From: Anaeramoeba ignava BMAN
Taxonomy: Eukaryota; Protista; Anaeramoebae
Assembly: GCA_028826165.1 (NCBI GenBank)
Contig: JAPDFW010000072.1
Coordinates: 62,001-126,000, forward strand
DNA length: 64,000 nucleotides
Direction: 5' to 3'
In this document: positions 37,847 to 52,600 of the stretch, piece after piece
Position numbering within the stretch: position 1 is the stretch's first letter
Layout of the letters: each line of letters begins with the position of its first letter
Program-made: the position numbers and the translations under genes
Notes under the pieces: model-generated
Seen by the model: only the letters and a program-made list of their open reading frames with translations
Told to the model about the DNA's origin: nothing
Databases searched by the model: none

Positions 37847-38242
37847 ATTTTTTAAATAAAAAAAAAATTAATAATAAATAAAAAATATTTAAAGATAAAA
37901 GTGATTAAAATTAATAAAAATATTTTTTTTTTCCTTTTTTCTTTTTTCCTGTTTGCTTTTTTTTTTTCTTTTAAATTTTTAAAATAATTAAAAGTTGTCT
38001 TGTTTTTTTTATTTTTTTTTTTAATTAAAAAATTTGTCCAGTTTTTAATTAAAAAATAAAAATAAATAAAAAATTAAATTTTTTGTCAAGTTGTCGGTTT
38101 TATTTTTTCCATTTAATTTTTTTATTCAAAAAAAAAAAGTAAAAAAGTAAAAAGGAAAAACAATTTTGAATTAATTTTAAATCATTTTGAATTAATTCCC
38201 TTTTTTTTTTTTTTTTGTAAAATAAAATTAAAAGAAGATCTA

Positions 38243-39872
38243 CTACTTTTTTTTAAGAAATGAAATATTTTTAACTTTTCTTTTTTTAAAAGTAATTTTT
38301 AATTTCTTATTTTCATTATTACTTTTACTTTTACTTTTAGGTTCAGATTTAGATTTAGATTTAGATTTAGATTCAGATTTCTTAGAAAATTGTTGTTTTG
38401 TTTTAGGAATTTTAAGAGAATCATCAATTAAAATATCACTATTTTGAGTTCTTTTTTTATGATAAATTTGCTTTTTTTCAATTTGTTCATTTTGAGAATT
38501 ATTTTCTTTATGTTTTTTAGAATTAGTATTTAAATTCTCAATTAATTCGGTACCTTTACCATCAGTTTGAGGTTCATTTGAGACATCATTTTGAGGTTGT
38601 TCATCAACCTGGATAAATTTTGATGTGGTCCATTGACCATAAGGGTTCTGAGGATCGTAATATAAATTTTGATTTTGCTTCAAATACGATTTCATCATTT
38701 CATATTCAATTAAATAAGGGTCTTTTTCTTCCTCTTCTTCTTTTTTGCCCGCGGCTTTTTCTTTGTTTTCTTTCGTTCGTTCTTTTTTATTTTTTGGTTT
38801 ATTACTGTTGAGATGTTTTTGTAGCAGATATGGATTATTAATTCTTCTCATTCGTGCATTATTCATAAGTGGATTATAATTTGTATTTACATGTTCAGGT
38901 GTTTTGTTTATTTCGATTTTCGTAAAGTCAGGTGTTACCCCAATATGCGGACTTGCTTCAAATACTTTTCCTTGTTGATCTAATTTGAATTGTGCTTCTG
39001 CGACCTTTTTAAAATAAAAATATAACAATATTAATATTAATTTTTAATTTTTGAATATAAATTTAATTTTTGAATATAAATTTAATTTTAATTTTAATTT
39101 TTGATTTTAATTTTAATTATAATTTTGATTTTAATTTTGATTTTAATTTTAATTTTAATTTTAATTTTAATTTTAATTTTAATTTTAATTTTAATTTTAA
39201 TTTTAATTTTAATTTTAATTTTAATTTTAATTTTAATTTTAATTTTAATTTTAATTTTAATTTTAATTTTAATTTTAATTTAATTATAATTTTGATTTTA
39301 ATTTTAATTTTATAAATGAATATTAATTTTTATTTTAATTTTAATTTTAATTTTAATTTTAATTTTATTTATAATATTAATTTTAATATTAATATTAATT
39401 TTAATTTTAATTTTAATTTTAATTTTTAATTTTTAATTTTAATTTTAATTTTAATTTTAATTTTAATTTTAATTTTAATTTTAATTTTAACTTTAATTTT
39501 AATTTTAATTTTAATTTTAATTTTAATTTTAATTTTAATTTTAATTTTAATTTTAATTTTAATTTTATAAATGAATATTAATTTTTATTTTAATTTTAAT
39601 TTTAATTTTGATTTTTAATTTATTGAAAAAAAGTGACGTTGTATTAATAATAATTAATTTACCTTATCAATATAAATTAATTCTTGTGTTATTTGTTTTT
39701 CTTTTTTTTCTTTAATAATTTCTTGTTTTTCAACTTCTTGTAAATATTTATTATAATTATATTTATGTCTTGATCCGTTTAAATGATTTTGAATAGAAAT
39801 TTTATTTGGTGCAACCCAAGTATTACAAAATCTACAATAATATCTTCCATGTTCTGATTCTAAAGTTAACAT
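38243..39872 (-). CDS. WBP4/FBP21-like spliceosomal U1/matrin-type zinc-finger protein. Exons 39872-39663, 39004-38243
   Basis: YCRFCNTWVAPNKISIQNHLNGSRHKYN zinc finger, NPYGQW and ITFKKRK motifs resembling WBP4. Phase-0 intron 39662-39005. Confidence 0.7.
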
Positions 39873-40091
39873 TTTATTAAAAAAAAAAAGGAAAAAAATG
39901 AAATAATTAAAAAGAAAAATTTTTATTTCTTTTATTTTTCATTTTTTATTATTTTATTTTCCAAATTCTTTCTTTCTTTCTTTCTTTCTATTTAGATTAA
40001 ATTGAAATTTTATTTTTTTTATTTTTTTCATTTATTTTAAACTTTAATTATCATCTTTTTATTTGAAAATTTTCTTTTAGAAACAACAACA

Positions 40092-43000
40092 ATGCAAAAA
40101 GAAAATCAAACTAAAGATCAGTTTAATGTGTGTTATTAATCTTTTAAAAATCAAATTAAAATACGAAATTGTTATTCTTTTTTTTTTAATTTAATTTATT
40201 AATTTTATTTTTATTAATTTTTTTTGCCTTCAAAACAAACTAAAATTATCTAAAAATAATTTCTTTTTTTAGAGTAAAATTTCTTTAGAGACTTGGTTTT
40301 CTCAGTTTTGTTTTATGATCTTAATTAAAAACAGTGGGAAAAAACAAGTTAAAAGATTTGAGCAAATTTTAAATAATATTAGAGTTACTTTATTTCCTAA
40401 TTCAGAGTAAAAAAGAAAAAGAATTGAAATTAAAAGAAAATTTTTCACATATTCTTTTATTTATTTATTCGTTTAATTTTTTTCTTTTTTTTTCTTTTAT
40501 TAATTAGTTTTAATTCAATTCCAAAACATGAAGAAACTCTTGATATTTTACTTTATTTAATTAAAAATAAAATTAATTTTTCACTTATTACAGATTCTAA
40601 AAATCAAAATCAAAATCAAAATCAAAATCAAAATCAAAATCAAAATCAAAATCAAAACCAAAATCAAAATCAAAATCAAAATCAAAATCAAAATCAAAAT
40701 CAAAATCAAAATCAAAATCAAAAAAATCAAAATCAAAATCAAAATCAAAATCAAAATCAAAATGAAAATCAAAAATCAAAATCAAAATGAAAATGAAAAT
40801 CAAAATGAAAAATCAAAATCAAAATCAAAATCAAAATCAAAATCAAAATCAAAATCAAAATCAAAATCAAAATCAAAATCAAAATCAAAATCAAAATCAA
40901 AATCAAAATCAAAATCAAAATCAAAATCAAAATCAAAATCAAAATGAAAATCAAAATGAAAATGAAAATCAAAATCAAAATCAAAATCAAAATCAAAATC
41001 AAAATCAAAATGAAAATCAAAATCAAAAATCAAAATCAAAAATCAAAATCAAAATCAAAATCAAAATGAAAATGAAAATCAAAATCAAAATCAAAATCAA
41101 AATCAAAATCAAAATCAAAATCAAAATCAAAATCAAATTCAAAATCAAAATCAAAATCAAAAATCAAAATCAAAATCAAAATCAAAATCAAAATCAAAAT
41201 CAAAATCAAAATGAAAATCAAAATGAAATCAAAATCAAAATCAAAATCAAAATGAAAATCAAAATCAAAAATCAAAATCAAAATCAAAATCAAAATCAAA
41301 ATCAAAATCAAAATCAAAATCAAAATCAAAATCAAAATGAAAATCAAAATCAAATCAAAAATCAAAATCAAAATCAAAATCAAAATGAAAATCAAAATGA
41401 AAATCAAAATCAAAATCAAAATCAAAATGAAAATCAAAATCAAAATCAAATCAAAATCAAAATCAAAATCAAAATCAAAATCAAAAATCAAATTCAAAAA
41501 AAAAATCATTTAGTTCAATTAATATTTCTTTGTTTAAATGATTTTATCAAAAAATTCATTTCTCTTGAAACAATTTATAATTCTTTTTATGAAGAAAAAG
41601 ATGAAGAAAAAATCTCTAAATTAACAACAATTATTGAAGATATTAATAATAAAAAAAGATCATTTAATCCAGAAATTTTCACTAAATCATTACAATTATA
41701 TAGAATTTGCTCACAATCATTTCTTTCTCGATCAAATTTTGCGAAATTAAATTTATTAATTTCAAAATATTTAGAAAAAAAACCAACAAGAACATTACAA
41801 AATAGAACTGTAAAGAAAAGAAAAGAAAAAAAAAACAAAATTATAAAAAAAATTTGTTTAAATTTGTTTAAATTTATTTAAATTTATTTTTTTTTTGAAT
41901 TAGACTTCTCTTTCTTCATTAATAACTATGTTTGAAAAACCAAAACAAAAAGAATCATTGAATGAATCAGATTTTTCATTATCAAAATCTCATAGTTTAT
42001 CTCCAAAATTCCAAAAATCAACAAATATCGAAAAATTTTTCGAAAAAAAAATTGAAGAACAAAAAATTGAAGAACAAAAACAATTACAAATAAAAAAGAA
42101 TCAAGAAAATATGAAAAGACAACAAGAAGTGAAAAGACAACAAGAATTAAGAAAAAAACAAGAAGAAGAAGAAGAATTAAGAAAAAAACAAGAAGAAGAA
42201 GATGAATTAAGAAAAAAAGAAGAAGAAGATGAATTGAAAAAAAAACAAGAAGAAGAAGATGAATTGAAAAAAATACAAGAAGAAGATGAATTGAAAAAAA
42301 TAAAAGAAGAAGATGATGAAAAAGATCAAAAAAATTCACAAACAAAAAAGCAAAAAAAACAAGAAAAAAAGCAAAAGAAAAAAGAGGAACAAAAACAAAA
42401 AAAACTCGAAAAAGCACAACAAAAATTACAATCAAAACAAGGAAAAAAACAAAAAGATAAAAATACGAACAAAAAATCAATTGATCTTGACAAAGAAAAT
42501 CCAAATATAGATGAAAATGAAGATCAAATATTGAAAGAAAAAAAAATATTGCAAGAAAAAAAAATGTTGAAAAAAAAAATATTGGAAGAGAAATTAAAAG
42601 AAAAACTAAAAGAAAAACACAAAGAAAGTGAAATTGAAACTAAAAGAAGAGCAAAATCCGAAATTGTTAATGAAGCAGAAAAGCTGAATTCAAAACATAA
42701 AAAAACAAAATCACAAATAGAATCAGAAATAGAATCACAATTAGGAAACCGATTAGAATATCAAATGATTACAAAAACCAATTCGGATCTAGCCCATTTA
42801 AAGCAAATTTCTATCAGATGCCCAGATCTTTCTGAGAAAATAACCCGATTTAATCCTCTACTTTCTACAGCAGAAGAAGTTATTCATAATATTCTTCATA
42901 GTATGAACAAAGAGGAAGAAGAATACAATATTGTATTTGGTCAACAAGAAAAAGAAAGCGGTTTTATTGATAAAATTATGCAAAAATCTTTTCGAGACAA

Positions 43001-46000
43001 AATCAATGAAACACAAACATTGAAATATGTGATAATTTCCAACTTGCAAATTGTTCCATCTGAGGCAATCATCAACCAATACATAGTAGAAAATCGAATG
43101 TTAATTCTGCAAAAAAAATTTATCACTGTAAATGTGATTTTACAACCGCCGCAGAATGAAACAATTCCAATTTTAGAGCAATTCACAATAAATTCTAAAG
43201 TGACTTCTGTTATAAAAAAACTTAGCAAGAAATATAAGTTTCAACCTGATGTTTATGGACTATTTGTTGTTGTTCCAAGCACTGTATTTGATATCGATTT
43301 TATTCGTTCAAGTTACTGGAATTCTTTCAATACTCGACTTGTATTTATTCATGAAAAGACGAAAAACCAAAAAAATGAAGATTCAATTTCAATTGATCGA
43401 AATTCAAGTTTTGATGAAATTGTATTTAATGAAAATTCGGTTTTCCAAATTGATGAGTATCTTGAAGATTCCATGAAATTTGGATATTGGTTGTCTCCTC
43501 AAAAAGGGGTTCATTTATCAGATTATTTGAACAATATTCTTGTATAAATTATAAAAATATTAAAATATTAAATTAAAATTAAATTATTAAATTAAAATAT
43601 TAAATTAAAATATTAAATTAAATTATTAAATTAAATTAAAAAATTAAATTATTAAATTAAATTAAATTAAAATATTAAATTAAATTAAATTAAATTATTA
43701 AATTAAAATATTAAATTAAATTAAATTAAAATATTAAATTATTAAATTAAAATATTAAATTAAATTAAAATATTAAATTAAATTAAAATATTAAATTAAA
43801 TTATTAAATTAAAATATTAAATTAAAATATTAAATTAAATTATAAAAATATTAAATTAAATTAAATTATTAAATTAAATTAAATTAAAATATTATATTAA
43901 ATTAAAATATTAAATTAAAATATTAAATTATATTAAATTAAATTAAAATATCAAATTAAATTAAATTAAATTATTAAATAGACAACAGAAACATTGATAA
44001 TAAAATTACAACCAAAACCAATACGTGTGAACTTAACGTTTTGGAACACTGGTAAAGCAGATATCATAACAAGATCAATAGTTGTTGATTTAACAATAAA
44101 ATGCGGATTATTAATAGACGAATTATGCTCATATTTAAATATCCCAAAAGCAAATATGATTGGCCATTTATTTTATATGGAATTTGAAGGCGAAGAAAAA
44201 AAAACAAAGAAAAACGAAACACTTCCACAAGAAATACGGCAGTTAATTCCGTTGGAAAAGCACTTGAATCTAATGGATCTGCAAATTCAAGAAAATTCAA
44301 CACTTCGTTTAATTGTTGCGGAAAGAGAAAAAGCAGAACAAAAATACGAACCAATTCAATTTAACCCAAAATCAAAGCAACAGATCATTTTCGATGATCT
44401 AACGTATTTTTGGAACGAAATCCCGCATTTGGGAGAACAAAATCTGGCTCTATATTCAAATAAAGAAATCGAGCAAGATCGAGCAACTTTAGAAGCCGAT
44501 ATTGGAAATTGGAAAAGTTTCTATTCGGATTCCAAAGAAAAAGACAACTTCATGTTCTACTTCAAAATCAAATCAGCAAGTTTGAATAGAATTCTTGATT
44601 TGCTAACCAATGAGGAGTTTTATAGTGATATTTTCGCAAAAACTTTTATCATCACTTTGCCGTTAGTTGTCAAAGATGAGAAGATCTTTATTGAAAAGCT
44701 GAAAGAACGATTCCGTTTTCCGCACCAGATCAAAATCAACATCCAAGAAAGAGATAAAGTCCAATTTTATGTTACTCAATTATTAAAGAAATATGTCAAA
44801 TTCAAGTTGAAAAATAACTTGCAATTGAATGAAGAAATTTCAAATGAAATTTTGCGTTTTATTCGAAACGATTTACTTATTCATTCAAAAGCAGATTTCC
44901 GAACAACTGGATGTGAGATTGAGCTTTTGATCATGAAATTCTATCATGTTTCATTTACGTTAACAGATTTTACGCCAACAAACAAACCAACAAAAATGGA
45001 AAATGTGGCGGTTAGACAACATATCAGAAAACACTCTTCTGATTTGAACCGCACAAAGTCGCTTTATATCCGTCCAAAAGAAAAAATAAAAGAAACAACA
45101 ACAACAAAATCAATCACAAAAATTTTATCAAAACCAGATTCTTCTTTAATCAGAACAAAATCAGAAGAAAAACCGAATAAAGAAAAACAAGAAGAAAAAA
45201 AAGAAACCGATTCCGTTGTCAAAAATTTTCTTTCCCAATTCATTCCTTCCGCTCAAAAACAGAAATCCGTACAGGAACATTTGGGCATTTGGAAAGCAAA
45301 TTCAAACGGCAAAATCAAAGATTTTTCTTTGCAATCCGTTCTTTTGGCAGGAATCGCTTTTATAGACCATCAAGCGATTGAAGAACAGGAATTTTCAGAT
45401 TATTCAGACTTGAGTTTTTATGAAGACGACGAAATCTTGTCTGACCAGCCAAGACACACAAGTCTCGATCTTTCCACAGTCGCATATCCAATTTCACCCA
45501 TTTTTTCAAGTCATTCAAAACAGATTCCAATATTGAAAATTAATCCCTCTGAATTTTGCAAACAACTCACATTGAAAACATTCAATTTATTCAAAAATAT
45601 CAAAATTCACGAGTTTTTTTTCGCTCGTTGGACTAAAAAAAACATTGAAAAACAAGGAAAAGATGCAAATCTCGCAAAAAATGTCATTTCAATGATTGAA
45701 AATTTTAACAATATTGCGGATTGGGTCTCTTTATCTGTGCTCAAAGAACCGCAACTGGAAAAGCGTGTGAAAATATTAAGTGTATTCATCAAAATGGGAT
45801 ATTATTTATACACAATTGGGGATTATCACGACATGGTTGCTGTTGTATCCGGATTGCAGTGTTCATCAGTTTATCGTTTAACAAACACTTGGAAAAATCT
45901 TCCCCAAAAATCATCTCAAAATTTCCAATTTCTCGACCAATTTGCAAGCGCTGATCATTTCAAAAGCTTGCGTGATTCTTACAGAAAAGCTTCTTCTGCA

Positions 46001-46264
46001 ACAATTCCCTATCTAGGTGTTTATTTGTCTGATTTCACTTTACTTGATGAAATTTCCCCACGTTTGAAAAATAATTTGATTAATTTCGTTAAGCAAAGAC
46101 GTTTTTATACTTGCTATTTGCAGATTCGCAAATTCCAAAAAACTCCCTTTAATTTTCCTTTTAATGAAAGTATTCATAAAATTGTATCTGCAATTCCAAC
46201 CGAAAAAGTGGATCAACAAGTTTTTTGGGATCTTTCTTCAAAAATTGAACCTCTTAATTTTTAA
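40092..46264 (+). CDS. RasGEF (REM + CDC25) protein with long N-terminal region. Exons approx. 40092-40127, 40273-40406, 40508-41809, 41904-43541, 43982-46264
   Basis: REM IKSASLNRILDLL. CDC25 FCKQLTL, FNNIADWV, LTNTW, TIPYLGVYLSD, LINFVK. First exons less certain; the frame is scrambled within the NQ array 40600-41495. Confidence 0.8.
40600..41495 (+). repeat. (aaaatc)n array apparently inside a RasGEF exon
   Basis: No GT donor before it. Entered and left in the NQ-compatible frame, with several internal indels. Confidence 0.8.
43542..43981 (+). repeat. Intron filled with an (attaa/attaaaat) AT-only array
   Basis: GT 43542 to AG 43981. Confidence 0.85.
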
Positions 46265-46433
46265 TTCTTAATTTTTACTTTTTACTTTTTACTTTTTACT
46301 TTTTACTTTTTACTTTTTACTTTTTACTTTTTACAATAAAATTATTGTTTTTAAAAAAAAAAACTTTTTTCATTTTTTTTCATTTTCATTTTCTTAATTA
46401 TTTTTATTATTTAAATTTAAATTTAAATTTATT

Positions 46434-49400
46434 ATGTCTTCAAAAGGAAGTGATTTAACAAAAAGAAAAGAAAGTGTTTTAACTCCAAGAATTGAACAAG
46501 AAACTCTTTTACAAGAATTAAAAGATAAAGTATTTTAAAATCAAAATTCAAAATTAAAACCAAAATCAATCAATTTAAAAATTAAATTGAAATTAAAATT
46601 AAATTAAAATTAAAATTGAAATTAAAATTGAAAAAGATTCAAAGATCAGCTTTTGATATGAGAAAATTTTTAGAAGATGAACAAACTATTTTAGTTTTGA
46701 TTAAAACAACAGAAATGATTTCAGAATTAAGAACTTCAGCTTTATCACCAAAGAATTATTTTGAACTTTGTAATCAAATAATTATTTACAAAAGAAAAAA
46801 AGCATCAAAAATTTTTTTCAATTCAAAATATATTTTTTTTCTTTTAGATTCTTTTTTATTAAATGAATTAAGAAATGTTGAAAGTTATTTAGATGAACAA
46901 GTTAAAACTGGTTTATCAGCTCAAGAGTTATATAAAGTTGTTCAATTTACTGGTCAAGTTATTCCAAGATTATATTTATTAATTACTGCTGGTTCTGTTT
47001 TAATTAATACAGAAGAAGTTCCAATTAAAGTAGAAAATTTTCAAAATCAAAATTGAAATTCAAAATCAAAATCAAAATCAAAATCAAAATCAAAATCAAA
47101 ATCAAAATTTAAATTTAAAATTGAAATCAAATTCAAATTGAAATCAATATTGAAATCGAAATCAAAATCAAAATCAAAATCAAAATTAAAATCAAAATCA
47201 AAATCAAAATCAAAATCAAAATGAAAATCAAAATCAAAATCAAAATCAAAATCAAAATCAAAATCAAATTCAAAATCAAAATCAAAATCAATATCAAAAT
47301 CAAAAATCAAAATCAAAATCTAAATTAAAATTAAAATCTAAATTAAATTCAATTTCAAAATCAAAATCAAAATCAAAATCAAAATCAAAATCAAAATCAA
47401 AATTAAAATCAAAATCTAAATTAAAATTAAAATCAAAATCAAAATCAAAATCAAAATCAAAATTAAAATCAAAATCAAAATCAAAATCAAAATCAAAATT
47501 AAATTCAATTTCAAAATCAAAATCAAAATCAAAATCAAAATCAAAATCAAAATCAAAATTAAAATCAAAATCTAAATTAAAATTAAAATCAAAATCAAAA
47601 TCAAAATCAAAATCAAAATTAAAATCAAAATCAAAATCAAAATCAAAATCAAAATCAAAATCAAAATCAAAATCAAAATTAAAATTAAAATCAAAATCAA
47701 AATCAAAATTTAATTCAAATTCAAAATTAAATTTAAAATTGAAATCAAATTCAAATCAAAATCAATATTAAAATCAAAATCAAAATCAAAATCAAAATCA
47801 AAATCAAAATGAAAATTAAAATCAAAATCAAAATGAAAATCAAAATCAAAATCAAAATCAAAATCAAAATCAAAATCAAAATCAAAAATCAAAATCAAAA
47901 TCAAAATCAAAATCAAAATCAAAATCAAAATCAAAATCAAAATCAAAATCAAAATCAAAATCAAAATCAAAATCAAAATCAAAATCAAAATCAAAAAGAA
48001 AATCAAAATTAAATTGAAAATGAAAATAAAAATTAAAATTAAAATTAAAATTAAAATCAAAATCAAAATCAAAATATAAATCAAAATCAAAATCAAAATC
48101 AAATTCAAATTTAAAATCAAAATCAAAATTCAAATTGAAAATCAAAATTAAAATTAAAATCAAAATCAAAATCAAAATCAAAATCAAAATCAAAATTAAA
48201 ATTAAAATCAAAATCAAAATCAAAATCTAAATCATATTAGGATATTCTACAAGATTTAAATAAAATGTGTAGAGGGATTCAACATCCAACAAGAGGAATA
48301 TTCTTAAGATATTATCTTACTCAAATGGTTAAAGATAAACTTCCAGATATTACAACTCAAAATTCAGAAATGCATGGAACAGTAGAAGATAGTATTAATT
48401 TTATAATATCTAATTTTATTGAAATGAACAAACTTTGGATTAGAATGCAACATCAAACTCCTTTTGGTAACCTTTCTGAAATTGGGAAAAAATATGTTCA
48501 TACAATGCTTGGAAAAGAAAGAACAGAATTAGGAATGTTAGTTGGAACTAATTTATCTCGTTTAGCACAACTAGAAGGAGTTACAGTTGAAATATATTCA
48601 CAAGTTAATTTAACTCAATTCAATTCAATTCAATATTCAATTCAATATTCAATATTTAATTCAATTCAATATTCAATTCAATATTCAATATTTAATTCAA
48701 TTCAATATTTAATATTTAATTCAATTCAATATTTAATATTCAATTCAATTCAATATTCAATATTCAATTCAATTCAATATTCAATTCAATATTTAATTCA
48801 ATATTCAATTCAATTCAATATTTAATATTCAATATTCAATTCAATTCAATATTCAATATTTAATATTTCAATTCAATTCAATATTATTTAATATTTAATT
48901 TTCATTCAATTCAATATTTATATTAATATTTAATTCATAATTCCATTTATTATTCAATATTCATTCAATATTCAATTCAATTCATTCACCCAATTTGAAT
49001 TCAATTCAATTCGATTCAATTTAATTTATTCAATTCAATATTTAAATTCAATATTCAATATTCAATATTATATTCGATTCAATATTCAATTCCAATATTC
49101 AATTCAATTTTATTCAATATTCAATATTCAATTTATATTCAATTTTCAATATTCATATTCAATCTATTTCATATTATTTCAATATTCAATTCAATATTCA
49201 ATTCAATATTCAATATTATTCAATTCAATATTCAATTCAATATTCAATTCAATTCAATTTAATATTCAATTCAATATTCAATTCAATATTCAATATTCAA
49301 TTCAATATTTAATATTCAATTCAATATTTAATATTTAATTCAATTCAATTCAATATTCAATTCAATTCAATATTTAATTCAATATTCAATATTCAAAATT

Positions 49401-52400
49401 TAATGTTCAATATTTAATTCAATTCAATTCAATTCAATTCAATATTTAATATTCAATATTCAATATTCAATATTTAATTCAATTCAATTCAATATTTAAT
49501 TCAATTCAATTCAATTCAATATTCAATATTTAATTCAATATTCAATTCAATATTCAATATTCAATTCAATGTTCAATATTTAATTCAATATTAGAATGTT
49601 CTCCCATTAATTTTGCATCAAATTATTGATTGTAATGATAAAATTGCTCAAGAATATTTGTTTGTTGTTATGATTCAAGCATTTCCTGATGAATTTCATC
49701 TTGAAACTTTAGAAACACTTTTAAAATCACTTGAGGAATTAAATCCTAATGTTGATATTAAAGAAATACTTCAAGAGTTAATGCAAAGATTAGTTATATA
49801 TTTTAAAACCAATCGAGCTGCTGAAAATCAAGAGCATAAAATATTCACAACTTTTAGTGATTCTATTTCTAGGATTTCTCAAAAAAAAGTTCTTAAACAA
49901 ACGGATTTATTAATAATTTTACGATGTCTTTTACAAATTGGTTTTTCTTTAAATTTAAATCGAATTGATTATGTTGATTATGTTTTCCAATCAGCTTTTC
50001 GATTATTAAACAACGAAATGTAAATTAAATAAATTTAAAATTAAATCAATTTTAAATCAATTTAAAATTAAATCAAAATTTAAAATTAAATCAATTTAAA
50101 ATTAAATCAATTTAAAATTAAATCAATTTAAAATTTAAAATTAAATCAATTCAAAATTAAATCAATTCAAAATTAAATCAATTTAAAATTAAATCAAAAT
50201 TTAAAATTAAATCAATTTAAAATTAAATCAAATCAATTCAAAATTAAATCAATTCCAAAATTAAATCAATTTAAAATTAAATCAATTTAAAATTAAATCA
50301 ATTTAAAATTAAAAATCCAAAATTAAATCAATTCAAAATTAAATCAAAATTTAAAATTAAATCAATTTAAAATTAAATCAAAATTTAAAATTAAATCAAA
50401 ATTTAAAATTAAATCAATTTAAAATTAAATCAATTTAAAATTAAATCAATTTAAAATTAAATCAATTTAAAATTAAATCAATTCAAAATTAAATCAATTC
50501 AAAATTAAATCAATTTAAAATTAAATCAATTCAAAATTAAATCAATTTAAAATTAAATCAAAATTTAAAATTAAATCAATTTAAAATTAAATCAATCCAA
50601 AATTAAATCAATCCAAAATTAAATCAATTCAAAATTAAATCAATTTAAAATTAAATCAATTCAAAATTAAATCAATCCAAAATTAAATCAATTCAAAATT
50701 AAATCAATTCAAAATTAAATCAATTCAAAATTAAATCAATTCAAAATTTAATTTAAAATTAGAATTAAACAAGATGATTCAAATGTTGTTACTCAAATGA
50801 TTCAAGAAGTTATTCAATCTTATAATAATGTTATTGTTTTGATAGAAATAGAATCATTTCCTCATTTAACTAATTTATTACCATTAGCAGAACAGAGAAA
50901 AATAGCAAATAATTTAATTGAAAATGTTCTAAAATCACAAACAATAATTGAAGAAATTGAAAAAGTATAAGTTCTTAAAATTCAAAATTAAATCAAAATT
51001 AAAAATTTAAAATCCAAAATTTAAAATTTAAAATTTAAAATTAAAATCAAAATTAAAATCAAATTTAAAATTTAAAATTTAAAATCCAAAATTAAAATTT
51101 AAAATTCAAAATCCAATTCAAAATCAAAATCCAAAATTCAAAATCAAAATCAAAATTTAAAATCAAAATCAAAATTAAATCAAAATTATTTTTAAAGCTA
51201 CAAAGATTTTTCAATCTTATCCAAATTTTATTAAATCATCCAATAAATCAAAACGATTTGCAATTTGATTCCGATTTTCAAAAAGAACAATCGGCTCTTT
51301 GTAAAGTTATTCACTTTTTTTATTCAGATGATATTGAAAAATATTTCTTAATTTTCCAAGTTTGTTTTAATGGTTTTCAATCATTTAAATTTAAAATAAT
51401 ATTTTAAATATTTAAATATTTATTTATTTATTTAGTTATTAATTAAAGAATTAAATGGAACTGGAAAAGTTCGTATGAAAAATTATATTTTCCCACTCAT
51501 TTTTTCAGGATTGAAACTTGCACAAAAAATGAGAGAAAACGAAAGAAATAAATCCGAATTTTCCATTTCTTTTAATCAATTATTTGATTCCATTTCCACA
51601 ATTTTGGAAAATTTAATCAATTTTTTTCCCGAAGTTGCATTTAAACTTTTTTTGCAAACAGCACAAGCAGCTAATAAGTGTAGATTAGAAAAAGTAGCTT
51701 ATGAAATGATGCTAAAAGTATGTTTAACTAACAAATTTACTTTTTTTTTGTGAAGAAATCCAAAACAAAAAAAGGAAAAAATTCAAATCAAAAATTAATG
51801 AGAAAATTTTTTTTCTTTTTTTGGATTTTTTTTGATAATTTTTTTTCAACAAAAATCATAAATGATAATTATAATATTAATTGCAAAACATAACGTAAAT
51901 TTTGCAAACTCTTGATATCTGCAAATGGAAAAGGCAATTACAATATATGGAGATGTTTTTTCATTAAGAGAAACACAATTCAAAATGCTTTTTTCAATAA
52001 TTTCAACTTTGTTTACTCTTAATTATATCGGTAACGAATACTTCTCCTTTTTAGCAGTTCAATGTGCCATTCATTCCAAAAAACTTGTACAACCAATTCA
52101 TCAAGCAAAAGCTATTTGTTGCTGTTCTCGTTTTTTTTATTTGCAGGATTCACTTATCCCAACTAACTCTCTAGAAAACTCGCAAAACCAAAAAAGAAGT
52201 ATCCAATTCCATGACGATAAAAAGCTTGTAGGGTGTCTTTCTAAAGCAATTCGTATTGCTAGTTCCTCGATAGAGTTTCCAGTTTCGCTTGAATCTTTAT
52301 TTGAAATTTTGGATGTTTGTCTGATCTTCTTTGAAACTCAAAAAACAAATATCAATATTGAATACATAAATACCTTAATAGAGCTTATTATTCAAGTTAA

Positions 52401-52557
52401 GGAAAAAAACCAAAGTCAACCTCAAGTTCTCTTTCCTCAAAATTCTCTTGTTTTTATCAATCAAATGATTCGAAAATTTATAAAGAAAAAAAAAGGAGAA
52501 AAAAAAGAAATTTATTTAGAAATTAATTTTCAAAAATTAAAAAAAACTTTCAATTAA
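46434..52557 (+). CDS. VPS35: Retromer subunit Vps35. Introns 46530-46636, 46770-46847, 47030-48240, 48604-49594, 50020-50762, 50965-51197, 51360-51435, 51718-51933
   Basis: ELRTSALSPKNY, PRLYLLIT, MCRGIQHPTRGIFLRYYL, NFIEMNKLWIRMQH, LVGTNLSRL, AQEYL, FPDEFHL. All intron phases are consistent. Confidence 0.95.
47030..50762 (+). repeat. Three consecutive VPS35 introns, each with a different satellite: (aaaatc)n; (tcaat/tcaatat)n; 16-mer (aaaattaaatcaattt)n
   Basis: Visible at 47030-48240, 48604-49594 and 50020-50762. Confidence 0.9.
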
Positions 52558-52570
52558 AAATTTTTTTTTT

Positions 52571-52600
52571 TCATTTTTTTTCATTTTTTCATTTTTTTTC
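52571..52600 (+). promoter_or_regulatory. Three TCATTTT initiator-like elements in the 51-bp VPS35-lectin spacer
   Basis: TCA at 52571, 52581 and 52589; ATG at 52609. Confidence 0.55.

Noticed and set aside
48880-49190. Hidden exon or ncRNA in the irregular middle of a VPS35 intron
   Set aside because: Still the same repeat with scattered noise; VPS35 is complete without it.
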